The notes under the pieces: model-generated
Seen by the model: only the letters and a program-made list of their open reading frames with translations
What the model was told of the DNA's origin: nothing
Database searches by the model: none
Translations under genes and position numbers: made by a program
Assembly (NCBI GenBank): GCA_010093995.1
Contig: ML992507.1
Location: forward strand, 202,781-266,780
DNA from: Elsinoe ampelina
Taxonomy: Eukaryota
Reading direction: 5' to 3'
DNA: 64,000 nucleotides
Shown: piece after piece, positions 12,731 through 23,243 of the stretch
Layout: each line of letters starts with the position of its first letter
How positions within the stretch are numbered: position 1 is the first letter of the stretch

Positions 12731-13022
12731 GGGATGAGTTGGCTGGGGAAGGAGGATGTTGGTCAATGGGGAGTGGATCGTTGTAACTCTTGTGTATAGC
12801 TTCTGAATCTTACTGTTGATACTACCAGCTTGATGGTTTCCCAAAGTGCATGAGCGTTGATTTGTGCGAATGTGGTAGTACATGGACACCAAAGGGCCAA
12901 TTGCTGGCTCTCACCTGGTAGTATTCGAGCGCCAGGAACTATCAGGATAGTCTCAATGCATAGAAGCCCTGTCATCGATGTCGTGCACTTCTGGTAGTTT
13001 GCTACAGACTTCCTACCAGACC

Positions 13023-15326
13023 TCACGCCCTGACCCCGAATCTCCCCTTTAGTCTCTCGTACCTCTCCATGCCACCCACACTCGGCTTAACCTCACCCAC
13101 GGCCTTCTCGAAATCCTCCAAAACCACCTCCCCACTTCTCCTCCTCAGCGCCATCAACCCTGCCTTGCGCGTCAGACTATCCAGGTCCGCCCCGCTGTAC
13201 CCATCACAACTACTCCCTCTCGCCAGGGCCGCCAACTCCACCTCCCCAGGCCAACGCCCCCTCTTCCTCTTCGGACCAACCAACGCCTCCAGAATCTCCG
13301 CCCTCTCGTCCGGCCCCGGCAAATCCACAAACAACAACGTCTCCAACCTCCCAGGCCGCAACATCGCATCGTCAATTATGTCCGGCCTATTCGTCGCAGC
13401 AATCACATATATCCCTTCCCTACTACTCAACCCGTCCAACTCCGTCAACAACGTATTCACCACCCTCGCACTCGCCTCGCTCCCCGCTTCATCCCGCCGC
13501 GGCACCAACGCATCCAACTCGTCGAAGAAAATCACACACGGCACCGACGACCTCGCTCGCGTGAACACAGTGCGCAACGCCCTCTCCGACTCCCCCACGA
13601 ACTTGTTCAACAGCTCCGGCCCCTTGACAGAGATGAAATTGGCTTTACTCTCGTTCGCGACCGCCTTGGCAAGTAGCGTCTTGCCACAACCAGGTGGTCC
13701 CCAGAGGAGCACGCCTGCGGGCGCTGTGAGACCGAGACTGGCGTAGCGGTCAGGGTAGCGGATGGCGTCGACGATGGAGAGTTGGAGTTCTTCGCGGACG
13801 GCGCGGAGGGCGCCGATGTTGGTCCAGGTCGTGTCCGGGATGGTGGCGAAGCCTTCGCGTTTGGAGGAGGGGATGATGAGCGGGAGGACGGAGAGGAAGG
13901 ATTCCATTGTTACGAGAGGGGAGGAGAAGCCGGGTGGTTCAGGGAGGGTGGTGTTGCGGAGGCGGCTGGTGAGGAGGCGGTAGGAGTGGAAGATGGGGTT
14001 GGTGGAGGAGGAGGAGGGAGCGGGTTCGTCGAGGTCCATGGCTGAGGATGTGGTAGTTTCTGGCGCTTCACTACCAGGTTGTTCATGATTGCTGGTAGTA
14101 ATTGCAAGGGACCCATTCTGTTCCAGCTCCAGTGCTTGCTGCTTGAGCGCCTTGGTGTAGAGCCTGGTTGTATATGCGCCGGCTTTTCCTACCAGATCGC
14201 GTAGATCCGCGCCGACGAATCCAGGGGTCATCCTCGCTAATTGCTCAAAGTCAACATCTTCTGCTAGCGGTGTGTCTTTTGTAAGAGCTTGTAAGATGAG
14301 CGCCCTCGTCTTTTCATTCGGCACGCCCATGTTGATCTCTGTATCGAACCGTCCTCCCCGTCTGAGAGCCGGATCGAGACTATCCGGTCTATTTGTTGCA
14401 GCTAGCACAATAACAGGCTTACAATCTTCATTCTTGTTCTCCATTTCCAGACCATCCATGGAGATGAGCAATTGAGCGACTATGCGCTTTTCCATCTGAC
14501 TTTGCGAGGACTCTCGCTTGGGTGCAATGACATCAATCTCGTCGATAAAGAGTATACATGGTGCTGCCCGACGTGCCTCTTCGAACGCGTCCCGGACTTG
14601 CTTCTCGCTTTCACCAGACATTCCCGAGACAATGGACGGACCGAGGATTTCCACAAGAGGCACGCCAGTTTCGGCAGCACATGCCCGAGCAAGTTGGCTC
14701 TTACCTGTCCCTGGTGGGCCGTAAAGGAGTACACCACGAGGTAGCGGCAGCGACATTGAGGCGTACAAGCTCGGTTTGAGCATGGGGAGCGCAATGATCT
14801 CTTCCATGCGCTCAACAATCTCGTCCACGCCGCCGAGATCCTCGAAGCGGACAGAGGGAGTCGGGGGCACCACAGGACGAGGCTTGCTTTCTTCTTTGTC
14901 GTCTCGCTTGCGCTTCTTGCGGGTCTCATTACTACCAGGCTTTGGTGATCCTGGTAGGTTTAGGGTACCATTAACTACCACTTCCGGTGTCTGCATCTTC
15001 TCCGCAGGCGTTGTGGTCTTCCAGGCTTTGGTCAGAGATTTGTTCATGAGGTTGATCTCTTCGGGTGGCTGCGACTTTCTCTGCTGTGCTTCGATTTCTG
15101 CTTCCGAGTCTGCTTCGTCCTCGGCTAGTGCATCCAGTACTCGTTCCAAACTATTCTCGACCAGCTTCTTCGGCCTTCGTCGCAGATTCGAATTCGATTT
15201 TTGTATAGCGTTCCACAAGCTCGGCACTGTGGCTTCCAGCTTAGAGTCATCCAGGAGTCTGACCACAATCGTATACACCTCGCTGTCCAGGCCAGCGGAA
15301 AGTCCGCCCCCTCGTCGAGCTGGCAT
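13023..15326 (-). CDS. RIX7: Ribosome biogenesis AAA+ ATPase Rix7/NVL
   Basis: Two AAA modules (GPPGTGKS...FIDEID and GPPGCGKT...FFDELD), PSSKREGFATIPD linker, basic NLS RKKRKR. Start taken at MPARRGGG. Confidence 0.92.
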   Translation of the reverse strand: MPARRGGGLSAGLDSEVYTIVVRLLDDSKLEATVPSLWNAIQKSNSNLRRRPKKLVENSLERVLDALAEDEADSEAEIEAQQRKSQPPEEINLMNKSLTKAWKTTTPAEKMQTPEVVVNGTLNLPGSPKPGSNETRKKRKRDDKEESKPRPVVPPTPSVRFEDLGGVDEIVERMEEIIALPMLKPSLYASMSLPLPRGVLLYGPPGTGKSQLARACAAETGVPLVEILGPSIVSGMSGESEKQVRDAFEEARRAAPCILFIDEIDVIAPKRESSQSQMEKRIVAQLLISMDGLEMENKNEDCKPVIVLAATNRPDSLDPALRRGGRFDTEINMGVPNEKTRALILQALTKDTPLAEDVDFEQLARMTPGFVGADLRDLVGKAGAYTTRLYTKALKQQALELEQNGSLAITTSNHEQPGSEAPETTTSSAMDLDEPAPSSSSTNPIFHSYRLLTSRLRNTTLPEPPGFSSPLVTMESFLSVLPLIIPSSKREGFATIPDTTWTNIGALRAVREELQLSIVDAIRYPDRYASLGLTAPAGVLLWGPPGCGKTLLAKAVANESKANFISVKGPELLNKFVGESERALRTVFTRARSSVPCVIFFDELDALVPRRDEAGSEASARVVNTLLTELDGLSSREGIYVIAATNRPDIIDDAMLRPGRLETLLFVDLPGPDERAEILEALVGPKRKRGRWPGEVELAALARGSSCDGYSGADLDSLTRKAGLMALRRRSGEVVLEDFEKAVGEVKPSVGGMERYERLKGRFGVRA

Positions 15327-15628
15327 CTTGACGAATTTCTGATAGAAATTGCTTGCGAAACTACCAGAATTCCCTGTTGGGTTTCTCAAACATACGTATG
15401 AGTCACCAGCAGCACATTCGATGTTTCTGTGGTGAAAAGCTAAGTGTCGTAGTCGAAGCATACCAAAAAATTATATCGCACGAATCAATTTTCCTGCCCG
15501 CAATGTCCAACCTGACTCTCCACAACGTCACCACGCATGCAGCACGGCAGCCCAAACATCCCACCAGCACGTGCCGTCCTCTCCCCCCTCCACCCCACCA
15601 CCACACCGCTCCCCACCCCGGCACAAAG

Positions 15629-16276
15629 ATGGGCAACAATGGCTCCACCCCCAAAATCACCGCTCAAGACAAAGCCATCCTGGATATGAAAAACCAACGC
15701 GACAAGTTACGCCAATATCAACGCAAAATCACGCTCCTCGCAGACCGGGAAACCGAGATCGCCCGGCAATGCCTGCGCACCGGCGACAAGAAACGCGCCC
15801 TCCTCGCCCTTCGCAAGAAGAAATACCAACAATCGCTCCTGCAAACCACAGACGCGCAGCTGGCGCAGCTCGAGACTCTCACCTCCGACGTGGAGTTCGC
15901 GTTGGTGCAGAAAGACGTGCTTTACGGCCTGCAGCAGGGTACGAGCGTGCTGAGGCAGATCAACAAGGAGATGGGGAGCATTGATAAGGTGGAGCAGTTG
16001 ATGGCTGATAACGAGGAGGCGAGGGCTTATCAGAGGGAAGTCGGGGAGATGTTGGCCGGGCAGATGAGTAATGCTGATGAGGACGAGGTGGAGGATGAGT
16101 TGGCGGCGTTGGAGAAGGAGATGGGTGCGGGGAGTAAGGAGGAGGTGGAGGTCAAATTGCCTGGCACGGAAGGGTTGGTGGATCCCATGCCTGATGCGCC
16201 GAGGGAGACGCCGAGGCAGAGGGCGGAGAGGAGGCAGAGGGAGAGGGAGGAGGAGAGGCAGATGGTTGCTGCGTGA
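15629..16276 (+). CDS. VPS20: ESCRT-III subunit Vps20/CHMP6
   Basis: MGN... myristoylation-type start; KITAQDKAILDMKNQRDKLRQYQ; Snf7-family coiled coils; acidic C-terminus. Confidence 0.92.
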   Translation: MGNNGSTPKITAQDKAILDMKNQRDKLRQYQRKITLLADRETEIARQCLRTGDKKRALLALRKKKYQQSLLQTTDAQLAQLETLTSDVEFALVQKDVLYGLQQGTSVLRQINKEMGSIDKVEQLMADNEEARAYQREVGEMLAGQMSNADEDEVEDELAALEKEMGAGSKEEVEVKLPGTEGLVDPMPDAPRETPRQRAERRQREREEERQMVAA

Positions 16277-16306
16277 GAGGTCATGGCTGTTTGGATTCTA
16301 CTGGTT

Positions 16307-19270
16307 CTACAGGAGGGCGAGCTTCACTTTGCGCTTGCCGGTGCTTTCTTCCGCCTCGTCGCTGATTCGGACGGTCACCTTCGCGAAGAGGTCGATTCTA
16401 GCCGTCTTGCTCCCGCTGATGGTGAGCACGTAGTTCTCTGCGTCGAACTCGCCGACTGGTTCTGGCTCTCCTTGGGGCGCCAGATCTCTCAAACGGATCA
16501 AGCCTTCGATGCCAAATCGCGGGACGAACACGACAAAGCCGTTCGAGAACACCCGCATGACGAATGCCTCCTCGTCGATCACCCTACCTTTGAGCGCCTG
16601 TCCAACGTAGTATTCGACACTGGCCCGACCTGCCATCTGAGCATTCCTGTGTCGAACGTTGATGTTCTTGCACACTCCCTCCAGTTTCTGCTTCGACAAC
16701 AGACTAGCATCAAGAGGCTCATACTCGATTGCTGCGGCGAGCTGTCTGTGAGCTTCGAGGTCGGCATATCGTCGGATGGGCGACGTGAAATGGGTATAGA
16801 TCTCGCTTGCAAGACCGTAATGTCGGAATTCAGGGTACGTCTGGGTTCCCGAGACGAAATATTCTGCCGACATCATGCATCGGGTCGCCAAGATACGGAC
16901 CAGAGTGTTAAAGAAGGGCTGCTTGGGATCGACACAAGTGTCGAGACTATCTGCCAAGGCCTTACTGCTTTCCGATCTCAGCTCCATATTCTTCTTGACA
17001 CGGAGCTGGTTGGACAATTCTTCGAAGTTTGTCTTTGGCGGTGCGGCGTGACGGCGGAGGAGAGCAGTTTGGGGGAAGGCTTCATAGTTGCGACCAGCGA
17101 CCGAGATGTTGGCGAGCAACATGAATTCTTCGACAAGTGAGTTCGTGTCAAGCATACGCTTGGTCTTGACGTCCACTGGATCGGATGTCTCCGATTCAGT
17201 CTCTACACGGACTTCAGGGCTGGCCAGATTCAATGCACCGGCATCCATGCGTCCTTTCTTGAGCTTCTTCGATAGCATCATTAAAAGGCGCATGCCCCTT
17301 GTAAGGTCGTCTTGTTGCGATGCGTCATCGATGCGGAGCTGGGCCTGTTCGTAGCTGAAAGCTTCTCGCGAGCGAATGACAGACTTTGTGAAATCTGCCT
17401 TGACAATCTGAGCATCCTTGGTGATCTCCCAGATGACTGAAAATGCGTAGCGTTCGACGTAAGGCTTGAGCGAGCACAGATCCGTACCAAGCAGCATAGG
17501 CAACATGTCAATTCGCTTGTCCACGAGGTAGACCGTCGTTCCTCGCAGACTCGCTTCGTGGTCCATGGCATTGTTCGGCTTGACAAAATGCGAGACATCC
17601 GCAATGTGCACGCCCACTTCCAGATTGCCGTTTGACAGCTCCCGAGCATGCAAGGCGTCATCGATATCCACACATCCAGGAGGGTCAATACTGCAGACCA
17701 GCAGATCGCGCAGATCTCTTCGCTTCTCCCACCCTTTGTCCGACTTATCCTGAGGCACCTTCCAATCGTGACCTTCCGAAGGTAAGCAGTCAAGTACGAC
17801 TTTCGGGAACGGTCTGTATTGGACATCCCATTCCAGCAAAAGTGCTTCTGTTTCCGCCCCTTTTGATTCGAGCTCTCCCAACGAGCGCACGAAATGACCG
17901 ACCGGATAGCGAGACTCTCTATCCCAAGAGTCGATCGTGCAGAGAAGACGTTGACCAAGTAGCTCTCCGGCTTGCCTGGTGCGAATGCGGATCTTTGGTA
18001 TCTGCTTGTTCATGGGCACTAGGAATACAGTTTGGGGAGCTCTCGAGCCCTTTGACGAAGATCGGACAGAATCTCTGTCGACGTGTCCGACATACTGGCG
18101 CCAGTTGCGCTTGATCACTCCCACGATTTTGGCTGTGGGTTGAGCACGTCCTTCGGCGTTCTTGCCATGCGTCCGCTTGACTTCTCCTTGGAGAGCTTTT
18201 CGTTCTTGCTCGGTGATTACAGCCTCGTCTTGCTCAGCTTCAGCGTTGTCATTCTTGCTGACGATCTCTTCTTCCAGTATTTTTGATGAGGGCGGTTTCC
18301 ATTGACTCTTAGGCAAGACTTCAACGACTACAACATCGCCAGACACTGATCGATTGCTGTTCTCTCGGCCGAGGATGAGCAGTGGCTTGTCGAAAGCAGG
18401 TACAAAGACCGACCCTTCGAGGTAATTGTATTGTGAAACATTAAAGGTCCCTTGGTGCAAGGTACCCGCTTTGATCCCTGTGAGCATCTTTGACATGGAA
18501 AAGTATTCCGGGAAGAGCATGTCTCCTGGCTTGGTGTCACGTCGCTCTTTGGCTTCGCTCACCATATCGAGTAGACGATCTGCGTCCGGCAGCCCTTCCA
18601 CGTACGTTCGGAGCGAGGCACCTTCGATACCTTCTGCCTTGGCCTTCTTCAGATTGTCTCTGTCATCGCTGAGCATTACTATCGTCGGGCATCGTCCCGA
18701 CCCCCGCTCGCTGACTGCGGCTCGGATATGATTCTGGTACCATGCTACCGCACTACGGACCGCTCTGTCGTTCCTGTCGTTGATAGTCTCTCCAGCATTT
18801 CGTAATACATGCGTCTCTCGCCGAAACTCGTTGAAAAAGATATAGAAGCGTTTGTCCTCGTTCTTCGTCAAGCTGATCAAGCGATGGTAGAGAGGTAATG
18901 ATCGATTCTTGACTTCTTCGAGCACAGTCTGGAGAACTATGACATCTTTGAATGCAGTCTCTGACTCGAAGAGGTCCATGCCGTTTAGAAATGCGTTCGT
19001 GTCGGGAACCAAATAGTGCCCCCCATCGTAGATCTTTGTACCCGCTGGCGTTTCTGAGAGGACGAAAGGAGCAGTACGATTGTGAAAGTCGGCTGGTGCT
19101 ATCGTCAAGCATGCCCTGCATAACCTCGAAGAGCAAGGTATATCATCACGAAGATAGACCTCCCGCACGATCTTTTGGACTTTTCCAGATTTGGTTGAGC
19201 GAACGAAGACCTTTCCGGTGAGAGCTTGACCAGTGTGATTGGGATCTAAAGATCGCTTGAGACTCGTCAT
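16307..19270 (-). CDS. DIS3: Exosome catalytic subunit Dis3/Rrp44
   Basis: CR3 motif (YLRDDIPCSSRLC), PIN domain (PDTN, ETINDRNDRAVR), RNB domain (SIDPPGCVDIDDALH, HYGLA..IYTHFTSPIRRYAD), S1 domain. Confidence 0.96.
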   Translation of the reverse strand: MTSLKRSLDPNHTGQALTGKVFVRSTKSGKVQKIVREVYLRDDIPCSSRLCRACLTIAPADFHNRTAPFVLSETPAGTKIYDGGHYLVPDTNAFLNGMDLFESETAFKDVIVLQTVLEEVKNRSLPLYHRLISLTKNEDKRFYIFFNEFRRETHVLRNAGETINDRNDRAVRSAVAWYQNHIRAAVSERGSGRCPTIVMLSDDRDNLKKAKAEGIEGASLRTYVEGLPDADRLLDMVSEAKERRDTKPGDMLFPEYFSMSKMLTGIKAGTLHQGTFNVSQYNYLEGSVFVPAFDKPLLILGRENSNRSVSGDVVVVEVLPKSQWKPPSSKILEEEIVSKNDNAEAEQDEAVITEQERKALQGEVKRTHGKNAEGRAQPTAKIVGVIKRNWRQYVGHVDRDSVRSSSKGSRAPQTVFLVPMNKQIPKIRIRTRQAGELLGQRLLCTIDSWDRESRYPVGHFVRSLGELESKGAETEALLLEWDVQYRPFPKVVLDCLPSEGHDWKVPQDKSDKGWEKRRDLRDLLVCSIDPPGCVDIDDALHARELSNGNLEVGVHIADVSHFVKPNNAMDHEASLRGTTVYLVDKRIDMLPMLLGTDLCSLKPYVERYAFSVIWEITKDAQIVKADFTKSVIRSREAFSYEQAQLRIDDASQQDDLTRGMRLLMMLSKKLKKGRMDAGALNLASPEVRVETESETSDPVDVKTKRMLDTNSLVEEFMLLANISVAGRNYEAFPQTALLRRHAAPPKTNFEELSNQLRVKKNMELRSESSKALADSLDTCVDPKQPFFNTLVRILATRCMMSAEYFVSGTQTYPEFRHYGLASEIYTHFTSPIRRYADLEAHRQLAAAIEYEPLDASLLSKQKLEGVCKNINVRHRNAQMAGRASVEYYVGQALKGRVIDEEAFVMRVFSNGFVVFVPRFGIEGLIRLRDLAPQGEPEPVGEFDAENYVLTISGSKTARIDLFAKVTVRISDEAEESTGKRKVKLALL

Positions 19271-19764
19271 TCTGCTGTGCGAGGCTATGGTTCCGTGGTA
19301 ACAGATTGTGCAGGGAGTGAAACGAAAGTGCAGACTCGTCACTGCATAGCGAAGCTTTTAGTTGTGGCGGGCGGGATGGGAGGCGAAGCCGAAGAGAGAT
19401 GGTAGACTTCGTGCGAGGGCAGCGTTTCCACTGTCGATAGTGGATCTGGACAAATGCTGGACTGTTGGCTTCTTCACGTGTAAGGCGTACCTCTTCAAAA
19501 AAAACCATGTATGGTAGGGCAGATGAAAGTGAATAAGCAGCATCGACGACGACAGCATGCAGCATAAAAAAATGTTGGCCAATCAGAGTTGGGCGGAGCA
19601 GAGCCGCAAGGCTGGTTTGGAGATGGGAAGCTTGACCCATGACATCGTCGTTCAACAACCTCGTCTCTCTGCACATTGAGTGATCACATTGCCAACCTCA
19701 GAACCACACGGTATACTGACAAAGGCGACGCTATCTACATTCCATATCTCTTGGGTCGCCCACC

Positions 19765-21293
19765 ATGGATCCTCCAGCGTACATCTTGTCGCTGCAAAAC
19801 AACATTCGAGCTCGGCCGATATCATGGGAGGGAGCCATGCGAGCAAAGACAATCACAGAGCACGATCTGAAGAGAATCAAGGCGATTGATAAGGTCCGCA
19901 AGGAACAGCGACGGCAGACTATCGAGAGCGACACGGATGACTACTCGTCATTACTTCTGGGAAGCAATGATTCTCCGAGCATATTTGAGGCTGCGTCGAA
20001 GCGGACAGATATCATACAGTATATGCTAGTTCTGACCGGGGACCTGATAGATGGTATGATGAAAATCTCAGAATCATTTCCTGTCACTGACCGTGCCAGA
20101 TATTCCTGCATTCGTCGACAACCTCATCAGCAAGCCAAATCCATATGCGCCGTTCCTCCCATTGCTCAAGCAATCTACAAACGTGGAAGACCCGATACCT
20201 TTACTTACATCCTCGGTCCTCTCTTCCTTATTGTCGAATGGTATCAGCGCCCAGCCAAAGCAGAACGACGCAATCAATGAAGCTCTACCTCAGCTCTACA
20301 CATATATTTCGAAGCTCGTCAAGAGTTCAGATTCTGGTCTACAAGACATTGGTGTACAGGAATTCTCTGCGCTTCTCCGAGGTAAGAAGGCGCGGGAGGC
20401 ATTCTGGAGGCAACGCAACGACACCGTCAACCCACTTATCGACGTCCTTCGCAGCGCAACCGGCGGCAAGGATAGCGACTCGACCCTCCGCAACGGCAGC
20501 TCCACCATCCGCAGCGTAACCGAGACCCATCTTGGCGGCGGTGTAGGTCTCCAACTTCTCTACCACGTCCTCCTCGTCCTCTGGCAACTCTCCTTCGAAG
20601 GCGCCACTGTCGGCCCCGGACTCGAAAGGTACCTCCCCCCTCTCCCCCCTCCCTATTGCTCTCACTAACTCCCCTCCCAAAAGCGACCACGACATTCTCC
20701 CCCTCTACACCACCCTCCTCCGCATCTCCCCCAAAGAAAAAACCACCCGCCTCCTCCTCTCCACCCTCCTCAACCTCCTCAACGCCTCCCCCCAACTCAA
20801 AGCCAGCGCCATGACCGCCCTCCTCCCCGGCGTCCTCACCAACCTCTCCTCCCGCAAACTCTCCGACCCCGACCTCCTCCAGGACCTCAAAGACCTCCAG
20901 GAGCTCCTCGACGAGTTCACCCGCACGCAGACCACGTTCGACGAGTACGCGGCCGAACTGCAAAGCGGGCACCTCCGCTGGTCGCCGCCGCACAAGAACG
21001 AGGCGTTCTGGAGGGAGAACGCGAAGCGGATCGTGGAGGAGGACAAGGGGGCGCTCGTGCGCAAGCTGGCAGAAGTGCTGGGGAAAGAGTGGGAGGATGA
21101 CAGGGCGGTGTTGGCGGTGGGGTGTAATGACGTCGCGTGGTTGGTGAGGGTCTGTCCGGAGAAGAGAGGGGAGTTGGAGAAGTTGGGACTCAAGGCGCGG
21201 GTCATGGGGCTTATGGGGAGTGCGGATGAGGGGGTCAGGTGGGAGAGTTTGAGGGCTGTGGGGGAGTGGTTGAGGTATAGCTTTGAGGGATGA
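19765..21293 (+). CDS. VMA13: V-type ATPase V1 subunit H
   Basis: DPPAYILSLQNNIRARPISWEG; VGLQLLYHVLLVLWQLSFE; TTFDEYAAELQSGHLRWSPPH...FWRENA; introns near 20053-20099 and 20629-20683. Confidence 0.93.
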
Positions 21294-21668
21294 GGGACGT
21301 GTTCCATAGCAGGGGAGATATAATGGATAAGCTGGTACAGAGAGGGTCACAGATGCGTATGGTGAGAGGATGTGGTGATTGTATGCATTACTATCTACAC
21401 CTTGCTTGCTAGGTTCATCTCGCGTAGACATCTATTCGAGCCACGCGAGCTGTTCGCCTCTCCAAACCCCCGTAGCGCCAGCGCAGAGCTCAAAGATTAT
21501 ACGCGAATAGTATTACCGGACTGTGGAGCCGTTGAAGTGGAAGACGCTCCTATCCAGACCGGGTCCATTTGTCCCCCTCCACATGTCGATACTGCAGAAC
21601 CATACTGCTTTTCTGAACTGACCGTTCCACGGTCCTTGAGCGAATGTAGTTTTGATTTTGCCCATCGT

Positions 21669-22229
21669 CTACAAGAACGCAACGAAGAACGCGCCAGCAC
21701 CCACGAGCGCGCCGCTGGCCATGTATACCTTGTTCGCGGCCGCCGCACCGCTGCTGCTTGACGGGCTGGCGCTGCTTGTGCCGGACGCGCCGCCCGAGGT
21801 ACCGGAGGCACCGCCAGTGGTCGCGCTGCCGCCGGACGAGGAACCTGAGCTGCCGGACGCGCTGCCGGTGGCGCTCACGGTGCCAGAGGTGACGGTGCTG
21901 CCTGCGCCGCCGATTACGACGGTAGTGGAGGAGCCGACGGAGACGAGGATGGTGCTGTTGTTGATTGGGACCGAGTTGATTCCCGAGGGGAGACCGGCGG
22001 GGATGGTGGCTACTGCGGGCTGGGAGGTGACGACGCCGGGCTGGACGGGGATGCTGGTGACGACTGCTGGCTGGGTAGGAATGCCGGTCACGACGCCGTT
22101 GGAGTCGGTTTGGGTGAGGAAGGTGGTGAAGGAGTTGTCGGGGATGGAGATGGAGGTGATGCTGGAAGCGCTGTTGGTCACTTGAGCGGCCGCGAGGGCG
22201 GCGAGACCGAGGAACGCGAAAGTCTGCAT
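21669..22229 (-). CDS. Predicted GPI-anchored Ser/Thr/Gly-rich cell-wall protein
   Basis: Signal peptide MQTFAFLGLAALAAA; QPAVVTS-type repeats; S/G-rich linker; omega-like SGAA followed by hydrophobic tail GALVGAGAFFVAFL. Confidence 0.85.
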   Translation of the reverse strand: MQTFAFLGLAALAAAQVTNSASSITSISIPDNSFTTFLTQTDSNGVVTGIPTQPAVVTSIPVQPGVVTSQPAVATIPAGLPSGINSVPINNSTILVSVGSSTTVVIGGAGSTVTSGTVSATGSASGSSGSSSGGSATTGGASGTSGGASGTSSASPSSSSGAAAANKVYMASGALVGAGAFFVAFL

Positions 22230-23243
22230 TTTGACGGTGGTGATTAATGGTATTATTGAGTGGTTGAGCGAGTGAATTGGGATTGTCTGGTGGTGATTGT
22301 GAAGCTGAGAGCTGAGAGCTGGGAGCTTCTGTGGGTAGCGACTGGGTCTTGTGCGGTGCACAGAGAATTTATTATCGATTATAACGTCTGGATTGCCGAA
22401 GGGTGGCGGAAGGAAAAGCTTCTGCGACGGGTTTTGAAAAGTGTGGTAGAGAGAGACAGGAGGCAATGGGCAAGAGTTCTTTTGGTATTTGGATGGGATG
22501 GATGTGGCTGAAGGCAAAGGATGAGGACGCGTACTGAGTTTTCTGCAGGAGAGCTTGGATGCAAGATTTGGCCGGCGCCTTCGAAGCTTCCACGATTCAC
22601 GGCCAGGAAACCGCAGGAAGCTGCCAGGAAATCTGCACTTTAGCCTGGCAGGCCAACGGCGAAGGTAGGTAGCGCACAGACCGTCCGGAGAAGGATCGCC
22701 CTCTCCCACCATTTTTGACCTTTCCCGCCGTTGTTCTCCCCGATCCACGGCTCATGAAGCTCGAGGCTGTTCCCAACGAGTGCCTCAAGCGATCTCGAGC
22801 CATGGACGACAGTCGAGCATCTTTTATCCTTGGCCACGGCGAGGGGAGCAAAGTGAGACCTGCGCCCATTTTCATCCGCCGCAGTTGATCGCACTCTGCT
22901 TTGATTGCACAATATGCTGCAAATCACGCCAGCGACTAGCATCCCGTCCTGCATAAACGAGCTGAGCCGTCTTCGCTCCCGTAACGTCCTGCAACTTGGA
23001 CCCGCCGTCATGCAGTGACGTTGAAAGAGCTACATCCTTTCGCCGCATTCTGGCCTGGCCTTAAGATGTCGCCCACTATCCACAGCTGCATAATGTTCTG
23101 GCCGACCAGTGGGCCCCTGACGCAGTTCTGTGGCACGCATGACAGGTTCCGCCTCGTCGTCCACGACGACAAGAGATCCTGCGACGCCCCGGAAATCTGG
23201 ATGATACACACTTGCGGCTTGTTACATCTAAATCTGGCCCTAT

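Noticed and set aside
15353..15628. N-terminal extensions shown by the ORF track for VPS20, RIX7, DIS3, the GPI protein and MDM1
   Set aside because: They begin at non-ATG or poorly supported starts upstream of the recognisable N-termini; for example, Vps20 needs Met-Gly at its N-terminus.
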